Assembly (NCBI GenBank): GCA_943350765.1
Contig: CALRAJ010000001.1
Location: 257,066-292,347, forward strand
Reading direction: 5' to 3'
DNA length: 35,282 bases
DNA from: Candidatus Tayloriibacteriota bacterium
Lineage (GTDB): Bacteria; Patescibacteriota; Minisyncoccia; Phycocordibacterales; PALSA-1337
Below the pieces are notes generated by a model. That model made no database searches, had not been told where the DNA came from, and saw only the letters and a list, made by a program, of their open reading frames with translations. The position numbers and the translations under genes were made by a program. Position 1 is the stretch's first letter; every line of letters starts with the position of its first letter. Of this stretch, positions 1-8,558 are shown in pieces.

Positions 1-3000
1 TTTCCTTCTTTAGTTCAACATCCAGCGCCAATCCTCGTAAGCTATTTAAAAGTACATTAAATGACGCAGGTAGGTTTGGCTCACCAATCTTATTACCTTT
101 TACAATCGCATCAAATGTCGCAGAACGACCGACAATATCATCTGACTTTACCGTAAGCATTTCTCTGAGTGTGTGTGCGGCACCATGTCCTAGGAGTGCC
201 CACACTTCCATCTCTCCAAATCGCTGACCTCCGCCCTGTGCTTTACCACCGAGGGGTTGCTGAGTAATAAGCGAGTACGGACCGACAGATCGCATATGAA
301 TCTTATCCTCCACCATATGATGAAGCTTCATGATATACATGTATCCTACAGCAATATCCTGGTCAAACTTCACACCGGTTCTACCATCAAAAAGTGGCAT
401 TTTACCATTTTCATTGAAACCAGCTTTTACGAGTTCCACCTTGATTTCGGCATCAGTTGCACCAACGAAAGGTGGCACAATAGCCTGATAATTTAGGGTA
501 TTGGCAGCAAGACCTAGGTGAAGCTCGAGGATCTGTCCGAGGTTCATACGAGAAGGCACACCAAGTGGGGTAAGAATCACATCTACAGGAGTACCATCTG
601 CCATATATGGCATATCTTCCTCAGGTAGAATTCTAGAAATAACTCCCTTATTTCCGTGTCGTCCTGCTAGCTTGTCACCCACAGACACATTTCGGAGCTG
701 TGCTACTTCGATATAAATCTTCTTTATAATTCCAGACTCTAGCTTATCTCCTTTCTCACGAGAAAAGATTTTTACACTGATCACACGACCTCTTTTGCCA
801 TTTTCTATTCGTTTTGAAGTATCTTTTACATCACGAGCTTTTTCACCAAAAATAGATCTAAGAAGTCGCTCTTCTGGAGTAAGCTGGGTTTCGCCCTTTG
901 GAGTAATCTTACCCACTAGAATATCTCCCGGTCGTACTTCTGCACCAACACGGATTACACCATCTTCTGCAAGATTTTTAAGTTTTATTTCACCGACATT
1001 TGGAATATCACAAGTGGTCACTTCGGGACCAAGCTTTGTATCACGCACATTTACCACAAACTCCTCGATATGAATACTTGTAAACTTACTATCTTTGACG
1101 AGTCGCTCTGAAAGAATTATCGCATCCTCGTAGTTTGAACCAGACCATGTCATAAAAGCCACGAGCATATTTTGTCCGAGTGCAATCTCCCCGTTATCAC
1201 TTGATGATGTATCAGCTAAAATATCCCCCTTCTTTACTTTTTGATTGAGGTCAACGATAGGTCGCTGATGAAAAGCGGTAAAGCCGTTAGTTCGTGAAAA
1301 ATGAACAAGAGTGTACTCTTTTTCCTTACCCTTTGCATTCTTTACTTTGATGTGTTTTGAGTCTACATAGGTAACAGTTGCATCCTCTTCTGCCACTATC
1401 ACTCTTCCTGAGTCGAGTACAGCCTTTCGCTCAATACCCGTAGCCACAAGTGGTGCTTCTGGGACAATACATGGAGTAGCCTGCTTTTGCATATTACTAC
1501 CCATGAGTGCTCGGTTTGCATCATCATGGTTTAGAAATGGAATCATACTTGTTGCAACAGAAAAGGCTTGGTTTGTTGCCACATCTATATAGTCCACTTC
1601 TGTAGACTTGACCAACACAGGAATACCGTTGACTCGCACCTCTACTTTATCCTGAGTAATCTTACCAGTTTTGTCGTATGGAGTAGCTGCGTGAGCGATT
1701 TTGAAGTTTTCCTCTTCGAGCGCGTTAAAATATTTGATTTCCTTAGTAACCTTACCTCCCGATACCTTTGCGTAAGGGGTTTCAATCATACCAAACTCAT
1801 TTATCCTCGCATATACAGAAAGGTGCAAAATCAGACCGATGTTTGGACCTTCTGGTGTGTGGATAGGGCAAAGTCGTCCATAGTGAGAAGGGTGTACATC
1901 GCGTACTTCGAAACCAGCTCGCTCTCGAGTAAGACCTCCTGGTCCAAGAGCAGAAAGCAGACGCATGTGTTCTACCTCTTGAAGCACATTTTCTTGTGCC
2001 ATAAACTGTGATAGTTGGTTTGTAGTGAAAAATTCCTTTAAACGAGCCTGAAGTGGTCGTGGAGAAATAAATTGCACAGGCAAGGAAGTATCTGGGTCAA
2101 TAGTAGACATTCGGTCTGTGATATTTCTCTTCATCTGAGACATACCGACACGGATTTTCTGCTGGAGAAGCTCACCTACATAGCGCACTCGTCTAGATCC
2201 GAGGTGGTCAATATCGTCTTCGGTAGCATCTGGAGTGTTGTTTAGGGTTACAATATGAGCAAGAATAGTAGCCACATCATCAGCTGAAATAGTCTTTCGT
2301 TCTGTATCCTTTTCCTCCAAACCTTTTGAAAATCTTTTATTAAATCTAAGTCGTCCCACCTTTGAAAGGTCATATCGTTCAGGACTAAAAATACCCTGCA
2401 CAAATTCTCGAGCATTATCAGCTGTGGCTAGATCGCCATCTCGGAGTTTTTTGTGGATTTCTATATAGGCATCATCAGTAGTTTTTGCATGATCTTTTGC
2501 TAAGGTAGTCTCAATATATGGCTTTGCAAGGTCATTTCCTTTAAATAAGGCGAGGATATCGGCATTACTCGATGCACCGAGTGCGCGCATGAGCGATGTT
2601 ACAGCAAATTTTCTCTTTCGGTCAATACGCACATAAATAACACCGTCTGGATCGCTCTCTATTTCAATCCACACACCTCGTGCTGGAATTATTTTTGCAC
2701 CAAAGTAATTTCTACCTTTTGACTCTGAAACTGTAAAAAAGATACCGAAAGACCTAGCTAGCTGTGGCACAATAACCCGCTCAATACCATTTATAATAAA
2801 TGTACCGTGAGAAGTCATCAGTGGAAAATCAGCCAAAAACATTTCCTGCTCCTTTACAGTATCAAAAAGTTTATTTTTTAACTTTATTTTTATTTTTAGA
2901 GATCCCTCGTATGAAAGTTTATTCGCCTTTGCATAATGTTCATCACACTTTGCTTGACCAAGTTCAAAACCGGTAAAAGAAAGTTCGAATTTCTTCTTTG

Positions 3001-3151
3001 AATAGTCCTCTATCGGAGAAAACTCCGTAAATACATCCCCAAGACCTTTTTCAATCAGCCACTTGAAAGAGTCTATTTGTGCCTCTACAAAGTTTGGCAT
3101 CTCCGTAAGCGCTTCCTTGAACCGTCCAAAATACTTTTTCTCTCTTTTCAT
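1..3151 (-). CDS. rpoB: DNA-directed RNA polymerase subunit beta (partial; C-terminus lies beyond the window start)
   Basis: Absent from the ORF track because it has no in-window stop. Minus-strand hand translation from ATG 3151-3149 gives MKREKKYFGRFKEALTEMPNFVEAQIDSFKWL. Later motifs are RLCPIHTPEGPNIGL, GDKLAGRHGNKGVIS and PLGGKAQGGGQRFGEMEVWALLGHGA. The frame stays open to position 1. Confidence 0.93.
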   Translation of the reverse strand, partial: MKREKKYFGRFKEALTEMPNFVEAQIDSFKWLIEKGLGDVFTEFSPIEDYSKKKFELSFTGFELGQAKCDEHYAKANKLSYEGSLKIKIKLKNKLFDTVKEQEMFLADFPLMTSHGTFIINGIERVIVPQLARSFGIFFTVSESKGRNYFGAKIIPARGVWIEIESDPDGVIYVRIDRKRKFAVTSLMRALGASSNADILALFKGNDLAKPYIETTLAKDHAKTTDDAYIEIHKKLRDGDLATADNAREFVQGIFSPERYDLSKVGRLRFNKRFSKGLEEKDTERKTISADDVATILAHIVTLNNTPDATEDDIDHLGSRRVRYVGELLQQKIRVGMSQMKRNITDRMSTIDPDTSLPVQFISPRPLQARLKEFFTTNQLSQFMAQENVLQEVEHMRLLSALGPGGLTRERAGFEVRDVHPSHYGRLCPIHTPEGPNIGLILHLSVYARINEFGMIETPYAKVSGGKVTKEIKYFNALEEENFKIAHAATPYDKTGKITQDKVEVRVNGIPVLVKSTEVDYIDVATNQAFSVATSMIPFLNHDDANRALMGSNMQKQATPCIVPEAPLVATGIERKAVLDSGRVIVAEEDATVTYVDSKHIKVKNAKGKEKEYTLVHFSRTNGFTAFHQRPIVDLNQKVKKGDILADTSSSDNGEIALGQNMLVAFMTWSGSNYEDAIILSERLVKDSKFTSIHIEEFVVNVRDTKLGPEVTTCDIPNVGEIKLKNLAEDGVIRVGAEVRPGDILVGKITPKGETQLTPEERLLRSIFGEKARDVKDTSKRIENGKRGRVISVKIFSREKGDKLESGIIKKIYIEVAQLRNVSVGDKLAGRHGNKGVISRILPEEDMPYMADGTPVDVILTPLGVPSRMNLGQILELHLGLAANTLNYQAIVPPFVGATDAEIKVELVKAGFNENGKMPLFDGRTGVKFDQDIAVGYMYIMKLHHMVEDKIHMRSVGPYSLITQQPLGGKAQGGGQRFGEMEVWALLGHGAAHTLREMLTVKSDDIVGRSATFDAIVKGNKIGEPNLPASFNVLLNSLRGLALDVELKKE

Positions 3152-3334
3152 GGTTTGTGGTCTAAATTATTAAATAATGAGGCAAAAAGCACAAAAACAA
3201 AAAACCTGCCGTGGGTTCGGCAATTCTAATAAAAACTATTTACGCGTATATATATGTATGCAAGACTAATAGGGTTAATTACTTCCTAAAATACGATTTG
3301 TGTGCCATAACTCAATCTTGCAATCGTGGGGGAA

Positions 3335-3363
3335 AGTATACACCCACCGCCTTTTATTGTCAA
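3335..3363 (-). promoter_or_regulatory. sigma70-type promoter for rpoB (TTGACA-17 nt-TATACT)
   Basis: The minus strand reads TTGACA (3363-3358), an exact 17-nt spacer, then TATACT (3340-3335). It lies about 180 nt upstream of the rpoB ATG. Confidence 0.55.
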
Positions 3364-3410
3364 CACGGCAGTTATCCACATGTACAAAACAGATGAGCTG
3401 GTCCTAAGGT

Positions 3411-3439
3411 TTGACAAGAAACTTGCATTAGTTTATAGT
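3411..3439 (+). promoter_or_regulatory. sigma70-type promoter (TTGACA-17 nt-TATAGT) driving a non-coding transcript
   Basis: TTGACA at 3411-3416, a 17-nt spacer, TATAGT at 3434-3439. It is divergent from the rpoB promoter. No credible plus-strand CDS lies downstream. Confidence 0.5.
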
Positions 3440-3445
3440 AGCTGT

Positions 3446-3612
3446 AGGGTGCGTTGGTGTGAGATTACGTTTCTTCCGCGGGATCCCCCATCCCTACCTC
3501 CTTGGCGTTTTTTCAGCCAACGCACCTACTGCTCTTTATCATCAGACTCCCACAAGGACTCTGACATCACCCTACAGGTTTTGTTGCAATACCGCAACAA
3601 GACCTTTTTTAT
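3446..3612 (+). ncRNA. candidate small RNA of about 165 nt, class unknown, with an anti-SD-like ACCUCCUU motif
   Basis: Bounded by the consensus promoter (3411-3439) and an intrinsic terminator (3577-3614). Internal helices are 3448-3457/3517-3526, the alternative 3442-3451/3568-3577, and hairpin 3542-3550/3556-3564. C-rich single-stranded stretches are CCCCC, CCC and ACCTCCTT (3496-3503). Confidence 0.4.
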
Positions 3613-3614
3613 TT
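3577..3614 (+). terminator. rho-independent terminator, plus orientation
   Basis: GGTTTTGTTGC-AATACC-GCAACAAGACC forms an 11-bp stem with one G-U pair, followed by TTTTTTATTT. The U-tract is on the plus strand only. Confidence 0.7.
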
Positions 3615-3627
3615 CATATAGCACAAA

Positions 3628-4503
3628 TTACCTTTTCATTGGAATATTGAGAGTAAATACCGAACCCTTATTCTTTCCTTTAGAATAGACCTCGAGCTTA
3701 CCCCCGTGATGATCCACGATAGTGTTAGAAACATACAAACTCACCCCCATACCCTCGGTATCCATGATTTTTGCATCTTTTCCCCTAAAGAAGTTTTTAA
3801 ATATATGTCCAAAGTCACCATGTCTCAAACCTATCCCACTATCACTAACCTTTACCACAACATCGTCGTCCAAACGAGTAATAGAGATACCTACCGACCC
3901 TCCCACAGGCGTATATCTGATAGCATTGTCCACAAGTGTGTTAATAACAAACTCCATCTTAACTTTATCAATAATAATAAGCGGAATATCTTTATCATTG
4001 TCTATAGTAAAAGCTATTTTTTTCTGACGAATCAGCTCAGAGTATTTTACCAAAATTACATCCAATATTTCCCTGATCGACACTGCCTCGTATGCGTATT
4101 CGTTCATTTTTTCATCCGATTTTGAAAAACCGACCAAAATATTGACTATTTCTATAAGTTTATCGTCTGCTATTTCAATTTGCTTTAATAAATCTTCTTT
4201 TTGTTGAAAAGTAATATCTTTTTGTAGTGTTTCTATCGCCCATTTTATACCTGTGAGTGGTGTTCGAAACTTATGAGTTACAATGGTGATAAATTCACCC
4301 CTGATTCGATTTTCCTCAACTCTCTGTAGCCAAAATATTATCAATACAAAAATAGCAAGAATGGCAGACAATGATGCCGTAATAGGTTCTGATAAGGCAG
4401 GGAGACTTGGACTGATACTACTCCGACTTATCGTCAGTATGGTCATTAAAAAAAGTATGTTAGCGACCAACAAAATATTTTGTCTGAATTGTTTTTTATC
4501 CAT
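3628..4503 (-). CDS. sensor histidine kinase (HisKA + HATPase_c), orphan with no adjacent response regulator
   Basis: H-box THKFRTPLTG, N-box LVDNAIRYTP, G1 DSGIGL, G2 GMGVSLY. Two N-terminal hydrophobic segments. ATG at 4503. Confidence 0.85.
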   Translation of the reverse strand: MDKKQFRQNILLVANILFLMTILTISRSSISPSLPALSEPITASLSAILAIFVLIIFWLQRVEENRIRGEFITIVTHKFRTPLTGIKWAIETLQKDITFQQKEDLLKQIEIADDKLIEIVNILVGFSKSDEKMNEYAYEAVSIREILDVILVKYSELIRQKKIAFTIDNDKDIPLIIIDKVKMEFVINTLVDNAIRYTPVGGSVGISITRLDDDVVVKVSDSGIGLRHGDFGHIFKNFFRGKDAKIMDTEGMGVSLYVSNTIVDHHGGKLEVYSKGKNKGSVFTLNIPMKR

Positions 4504-4634
4504 GGATTAATAATAACACAAAAAAACCTGTGGTACTTAGATATATCAAAATACTATCTTTAACAATCTCGCCCTTGTATCGACTGACCTTTATATATAA
4601 ATAAAAAACACAGAACCATTGAAAGTCCTGCGTT

Positions 4635-5495
4635 CTACAATCTTGGCTTATGTGCAGTTATATGATAATAATCCTCATTGAAAACCGATATACTGTATGA
4701 AGTGAACCCCACCTCTTCCAGAAGTGCCTTACATGTCCTGGGGCAAAACTCTCGTTTGCACAGGTCCAAATAGCCACTCTTTGGATTTTCAATGAAAACC
4801 ACCATTCCGCCAGGTCTAAGGATTCTCAGTAATTCCATGAATAGATAAGGTGGGTATGCGAGACACCTAAATCCAAAACAAAATGTGACGGCATCAAACT
4901 GTTCTGGAGTAAAACAAGGAATTTCTGCTCCCGAAAAAACCTGATTTAAATCACATCGAATTCTTTTTCGCTCTGGAAATGGATACCTTTTGAGAGCTTC
5001 CGTTGAGTAATCCAAGGCCACAACTTCCCTACTATCACTTGGAAGTAAATACGAATGGAATCCACACATCGCTTCCAGTACCACACCCTGACATTCTCCT
5101 GAAAGTAAATCTGTGATAAATGCTCTATTATTCGCTCCACCACCAATATCATCAGGTAGCCAAAGGGCAGTTCTGTCCCATTGCTCCATATCACTCAATT
5201 CGCCAGACTCTCTCACTCGGAGCAATCGAAGTTCCTCAATAATTGCTGTGATTCGGCAATTTTGTGGGTCGGATTTAAGTAATTTATCCAGCTCAAACGA
5301 AAGCCCAGTAGCCTCTGCCTTATTTTTAGGTTCTACCGAATAGTCCACCATCCACCAATACATATTCATCCACTTGTCCCATTCTGGAGTAAATACGACT
5401 GGCTCCTTTACTGGCATAGGCAAAAGAACCCTTTTTTCAGAACAAAAAGGTACTCTTGAAACCGTCTCCGTAACCATCTCAAACAAAACACTCAT
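4635..5495 (-). CDS. class I SAM-dependent methyltransferase with an uncharacterised Trp-rich N-terminal domain
   Basis: The C-terminal half carries Rossmann methyltransferase-like motifs VLEAMCG, VVALDYS and LRPGGMVVF. A strong SD (AAAGGAGG) lies 7 nt upstream of ATG 5495. Confidence 0.7.
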   Translation of the reverse strand: MSVLFEMVTETVSRVPFCSEKRVLLPMPVKEPVVFTPEWDKWMNMYWWMVDYSVEPKNKAEATGLSFELDKLLKSDPQNCRITAIIEELRLLRVRESGELSDMEQWDRTALWLPDDIGGGANNRAFITDLLSGECQGVVLEAMCGFHSYLLPSDSREVVALDYSTEALKRYPFPERKRIRCDLNQVFSGAEIPCFTPEQFDAVTFCFGFRCLAYPPYLFMELLRILRPGGMVVFIENPKSGYLDLCKREFCPRTCKALLEEVGFTSYSISVFNEDYYHITAHKPRL

Positions 5496-5583
5496 ACCAA
5501 ACCTCCTTTCAGTATTTAAGCTTATCTACGAACCATCATCTTTTGTGAAAAGTATCACGGAACAAATTCATTGTCAATTTTTT

Positions 5584-6702
5584 TTACCTTAGTACACTAC
5601 TCGTTGCTGTCTCAAAGTCCACCTCGCCTAGTCTGATTTGAGATTTTAGATTTTCTGATACAGACGAAAGATTGGCGAGTGAGTTTAGAATACTCGTACG
5701 GTCGGCAGGCCTAGCTACAGCGACCTTGGAGTGAATAATTGAGATTGGAATAAGTCGATAAGTACTTTTTGCTTTGGTATAGATAAGCTCGACAGTCAAT
5801 CCATGAGTGGTATTAAAAGAAAAATCTTGATCAAAAACAAAATTACCGAGTGAATAGAAAATCGGCTTATCTTTATACACCTCTATCGGCTCGATAACAT
5901 GTGGGTGTGCTCCCATTACCACATCAGCACCAGCGTCAATAAAAGTGTGAGCTAAATCACGCTGATTATTTATGGATTTTATATTATACTCCGCCCCCCA
6001 ATGTGGAAATACAATCACCAAATCAGCCACCTTTTTTACCTTTGTTATTTCAGCCAAAACTAAGTCTAGACTTTTATAAGCAAATTCATGGAAACCCACA
6101 AAACCAATTTTGATACCATTGACCTCAACTACTTTTGATAATTCATCGACATTATAAGGATCACCAAAATATCCAATTTCATTTTTAGATAAATACTGCC
6201 GTGATTGTGCCAAACCGTCTTCACCAAAATTGGCACTGTGGTTATTTGCTAGAGAAAAATGAGTAAAACCAAGATTTTTGAGTGTTGGTATGACAGTTGG
6301 ATCAAATGTAAAGGTGAGCGGGGCATTTAGACGACCAACAGTTTTTGACTCAAAATCCGTAAACGAACCTTCTAGATTACCAACCACGATATCATGCCCA
6401 GACAGTAAGGATTTGATATTAGTAAACGGATACTCCTCGCCGTATTTTACCATCCGCTCTCTCACACCTCGGTCAAGCATCATATCACCAAAAATAAAAA
6501 GATTTACTGTATGTGTTTTTTCTAATACTGGTACAAAAGATGATACTGCTAGAAGTGCATCCGAAGGATTATCATTTCCAACACTATACTTTGGAATAAT
6601 AATCGTAAAAAAATATATCAAAAAGGCAACGATTATGAGCAACGGCCATGCCGGCCTAATCTTCTTTATTTCTCTGATTTGTTTCTGGTTTGATTCCTCC
6701 AT
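5584..6702 (-). CDS. CapA/PGA_cap family metallophosphatase-like protein (poly-gamma-glutamate capsule synthesis family)
   Basis: Motifs IFGDMMLDR, LANNHSANFG, PHWGAEY and GAHPHV. N-terminal transmembrane helix. Overlaps the trmD 3' end by 37 nt. Confidence 0.8.
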   Translation of the reverse strand: MEESNQKQIREIKKIRPAWPLLIIVAFLIYFFTIIIPKYSVGNDNPSDALLAVSSFVPVLEKTHTVNLFIFGDMMLDRGVRERMVKYGEEYPFTNIKSLLSGHDIVVGNLEGSFTDFESKTVGRLNAPLTFTFDPTVIPTLKNLGFTHFSLANNHSANFGEDGLAQSRQYLSKNEIGYFGDPYNVDELSKVVEVNGIKIGFVGFHEFAYKSLDLVLAEITKVKKVADLVIVFPHWGAEYNIKSINNQRDLAHTFIDAGADVVMGAHPHVIEPIEVYKDKPIFYSLGNFVFDQDFSFNTTHGLTVELIYTKAKSTYRLIPISIIHSKVAVARPADRTSILNSLANLSSVSENLKSQIRLGEVDFETATSSVLR

Positions 6703-7367
6703 TCGTCTATTTTTTTATGGTCTCCAGAGAGCAGTACGGCTGGGACGGTATATTTCTTATTTTTATACACAATCGTTTCTGGACGCGTATAAGTATCTGG
6801 ACTTGAAGCTCGAGCTTCCTCAAGTGAAGCAAAGTCTCCAAGCACCCCCTCTACCTGCCGTGATATACAGTCTATCACAAGCATAGCGGGCAGCTCACCA
6901 CCTGTCAGCACAAATGGTCCCACAGAAAGATCTTCTACCTTAAACACCTTTTTTACTCGTGCATCGATACCCTCATATCGACCGCAGACCATGATAATGT
7001 GCTTATATTTGCTCGCAACTTTCTTTGCAGTGATAGTATCAAACTGAACCCCACTTGGGGTAAACCAAAATATTTTAGTTTTTAGTTTATAGTTTTTAGT
7101 ATTTAATTTTGAAGCTTTGATTGCAGACTCAATAGCTTTGATAACTGGCAGTGCCTCGATCACCATTCCTGGACCACCACCGTATGGCTTGTCGTCTACT
7201 CTCCTTTCAGAATAAGTTTGTGGACGATTTTTTGGCTGGATGGCAAAATCACGAGGATTATAAAATTTCACCGATATTTTCTTGTCCTCTATTGCTCGCT
7301 TTAAAATAGACTCACCGAGATACGAGCTAAAAGATTCTGGAAATAAAGTGATGATGTGGAAATTCAT
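6666..7367 (-). CDS. trmD: tRNA (guanine37-N1)-methyltransferase
   Basis: MNFHIITLFPESF, GGGPGMV, CGRYEGIDARV and VLTGGELPAMLVIDCISR are typical TrmD motifs. Confidence 0.93.
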   Translation of the reverse strand: MNFHIITLFPESFSSYLGESILKRAIEDKKISVKFYNPRDFAIQPKNRPQTYSERRVDDKPYGGGPGMVIEALPVIKAIESAIKASKLNTKNYKLKTKIFWFTPSGVQFDTITAKKVASKYKHIIMVCGRYEGIDARVKKVFKVEDLSVGPFVLTGGELPAMLVIDCISRQVEGVLGDFASLEEARASSPDTYTRPETIVYKNKKYTVPAVLLSGDHKKIDEWRNQTRNKSEK

Positions 7368-7371
7368 TTTT

Positions 7372-7406
7372 GTAAATAAAAACTGTGGTCATTGCTGATA
7401 CCACAG
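7372..7406 (-). terminator. rho-independent terminator after the GNAT-like gene
   Basis: On the minus strand, CTGTGGT-loop-ACCACAG (7406-7383) is followed by TTTTTATTT. Confidence 0.6.
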
Positions 7407-7429
7407 AAACTGGTCACAGAATTATGCTC

Positions 7430-7873
7430 TCAGCAAGATTCGTAACACGCACTATGTGAATTATACGAAAAACCAGCTTTCCCATATGGATCATTTTGGG
7501 AATCATGCTGCCGACGCCGATAGATTCTAATGTTTGCTAGGTGGCATTTAGCTCCAAAATTGATAACTGTAGATAAAATGTCAGTAGTAATCTGAGACAC
7601 AATCCATGAACCACTATCAGAGACATACAAATTATTAATGATGCCGTATCTTTCAGTGAAGGTAGTGATCCGTGTCAAGATTGCCATCCCACGAATAACA
7701 CATTGTTCATCTCGAGCCACAAACAGTATATTCGCCTCCAAACTTGCGGTAAGCTGTAGAGCCTCAAGAGTTAATTCGACTGCGGAACCACATACCGACA
7801 ATACCGAATTGATTTCCTGAAGTTCCTCCGCACCGCAATTTTTACCATCCAGAACTGAACATTTTATTTGCAT
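7430..7873 (-). CDS. hypothetical protein, possible GNAT-fold acetyltransferase with a degenerate acetyl-CoA loop
   Basis: Strong SD GGAGGAAGCGATT before ATG 7873. The pattern ILFVARDEQ..IRGMAIL...GIINNLYVS...ANIRIY....YGKAGFSY resembles GNAT beta4-alpha3...beta6. The R/QxxGxG motif is replaced by SDSGSW. Confidence 0.55.
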   Translation of the reverse strand: MQIKCSVLDGKNCGAEELQEINSVLSVCGSAVELTLEALQLTASLEANILFVARDEQCVIRGMAILTRITTFTERYGIINNLYVSDSGSWIVSQITTDILSTVINFGAKCHLANIRIYRRRQHDSQNDPYGKAGFSYNSHSACYESC

Positions 7874-7890
7874 AATCGCTTCCTCCGCAT

Positions 7891-7919
7891 GTTATAAATT
7901 TACAGTTGACCAAAAACAA
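7891..7919 (-). promoter_or_regulatory. putative promoter of the GNAT-like gene (TTGTTT-17 nt-TATAAC)
   Basis: Minus strand -35 at 7919-7914 and -10 at 7896-7891, with a 17-nt spacer. It lies 18 nt upstream of the ATG. Confidence 0.35.
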
Positions 7920-7978
7920 TCTATCTGAGAGGATACCATACCAGAACATTAAAGTCAAAAAACTTCCACCAACCAATC

Positions 7979-8012
7979 CCCGCGGGCGAGTACGCCCGCG
8001 GGTTTGGTTTTT
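7979..8012 (+). terminator. GC-rich intrinsic terminator oriented on the plus strand, between two minus-strand genes
   Basis: CCCGCGGGCG-AGTA-CGCCCGCGGG forms a 10-bp stem followed by TTTGGTTTTT on the plus strand. The minus-strand side has only a poor U-tract. Confidence 0.55.
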
Positions 8013-8059
8013 AATCTATCTTACAGAGATCCACCCGAATCTTGTAACCTTAAATCCTA

Positions 8060-8371
8060 CTAAATCTTCATATCATTCAAAGCCTCGTCAATAGTCTTGT
8101 CTGTTCTCTCTCGAGGGACTGCACCTGCTGGCTCATTGATTTTTAGATTTACTCGAGCGTTATTTTTCATACCTACCACTCGAAGCAATGTGCGGATCGC
8201 TTTTGCGGTATTACCTGTGCGACCTATCACCTTTCCCATATCTATAGGATTGACTTCGAGGGTCATGAGTACCCCCATCTCATCTACTGTACGCACGATC
8301 TTTACATCATTAGGGTTATCCACGAGCGACTTTACTACATAGTCTAAAAACTTCACATCATTATTTTCCAT
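8060..8371 (-). CDS. KH-domain RNA-binding protein (YlqC/UPF0109 family)
   Basis: VKSLVDNPNDVKI...GKVIGRTGNTAKAIRTLL contains the KH GxxG motif. It holds the conserved position between rpsP and trmD. Confidence 0.85.
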   Translation of the reverse strand: MENNDVKFLDYVVKSLVDNPNDVKIVRTVDEMGVLMTLEVNPIDMGKVIGRTGNTAKAIRTLLRVVGMKNNARVNLKINEPAGAVPRERTDKTIDEALNDMKI

Positions 8372-8558
8372 CGTTTTATATTTAAATTAACTAACCTTGT
8401 CTGTCTTATAATCTTTTAAATCCTTACTACTGTGCTGGAATACCCGACCATTAGTTTTCCACAGTTGTAATTATATCATGCCTAGTACTGACGAAAATAC
8501 TGGACTGTGTATAACACAAAAACACAAAACATTTACCATGAAAGAGTTTTACTTTATA

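Noticed and set aside
3465-3503. Minus-strand AAGGAGGT Shine-Dalgarno followed by an 8-codon mini-ORF (MGDPAEET), which could be a leader peptide for rpoB attenuation.
   Set aside because: It lies upstream of the predicted rpoB promoter (3335-3363), and I see no minus-strand promoter between the kinase stop and it. It is simply the reverse complement of the anti-SD motif of the better-supported plus-strand sRNA candidate. It cannot be fully excluded without transcript data.
3364-3614. Possible tmRNA, RNase P RNA, SRP RNA or 6S RNA in the large kinase-rpoB intergenic region.
   Set aside because: It has none of the expected features: a tRNA-like T-arm/acceptor with an ...ALAA-type tag frame, the GGAAAGTCC / ACAGAA-CCGGCTTA RNase P motifs, or the GGAA-tetraloop AGCAGC SRP motif. 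The 5' and 3' ends do not form the long closing helix expected for 6S. Only a covariance-model search could settle it.
3326-3688. Plus-strand ORFs of 120, 63 and 61 aa in the kinase-rpoB intergenic region.
   Set aside because: They have no RBS and an odd composition. They span two promoters and a terminator and overlap the kinase 3' end, so they are not credible coding regions.
4606-4640. ACAGAACC...GAAAGTCCTGCG, reminiscent of RNase P RNA conserved regions.
   Set aside because: The two motifs are adjacent rather than about 250 nt apart. No surrounding helices fit, and the stretch runs into the 3' end of the methyltransferase CDS.
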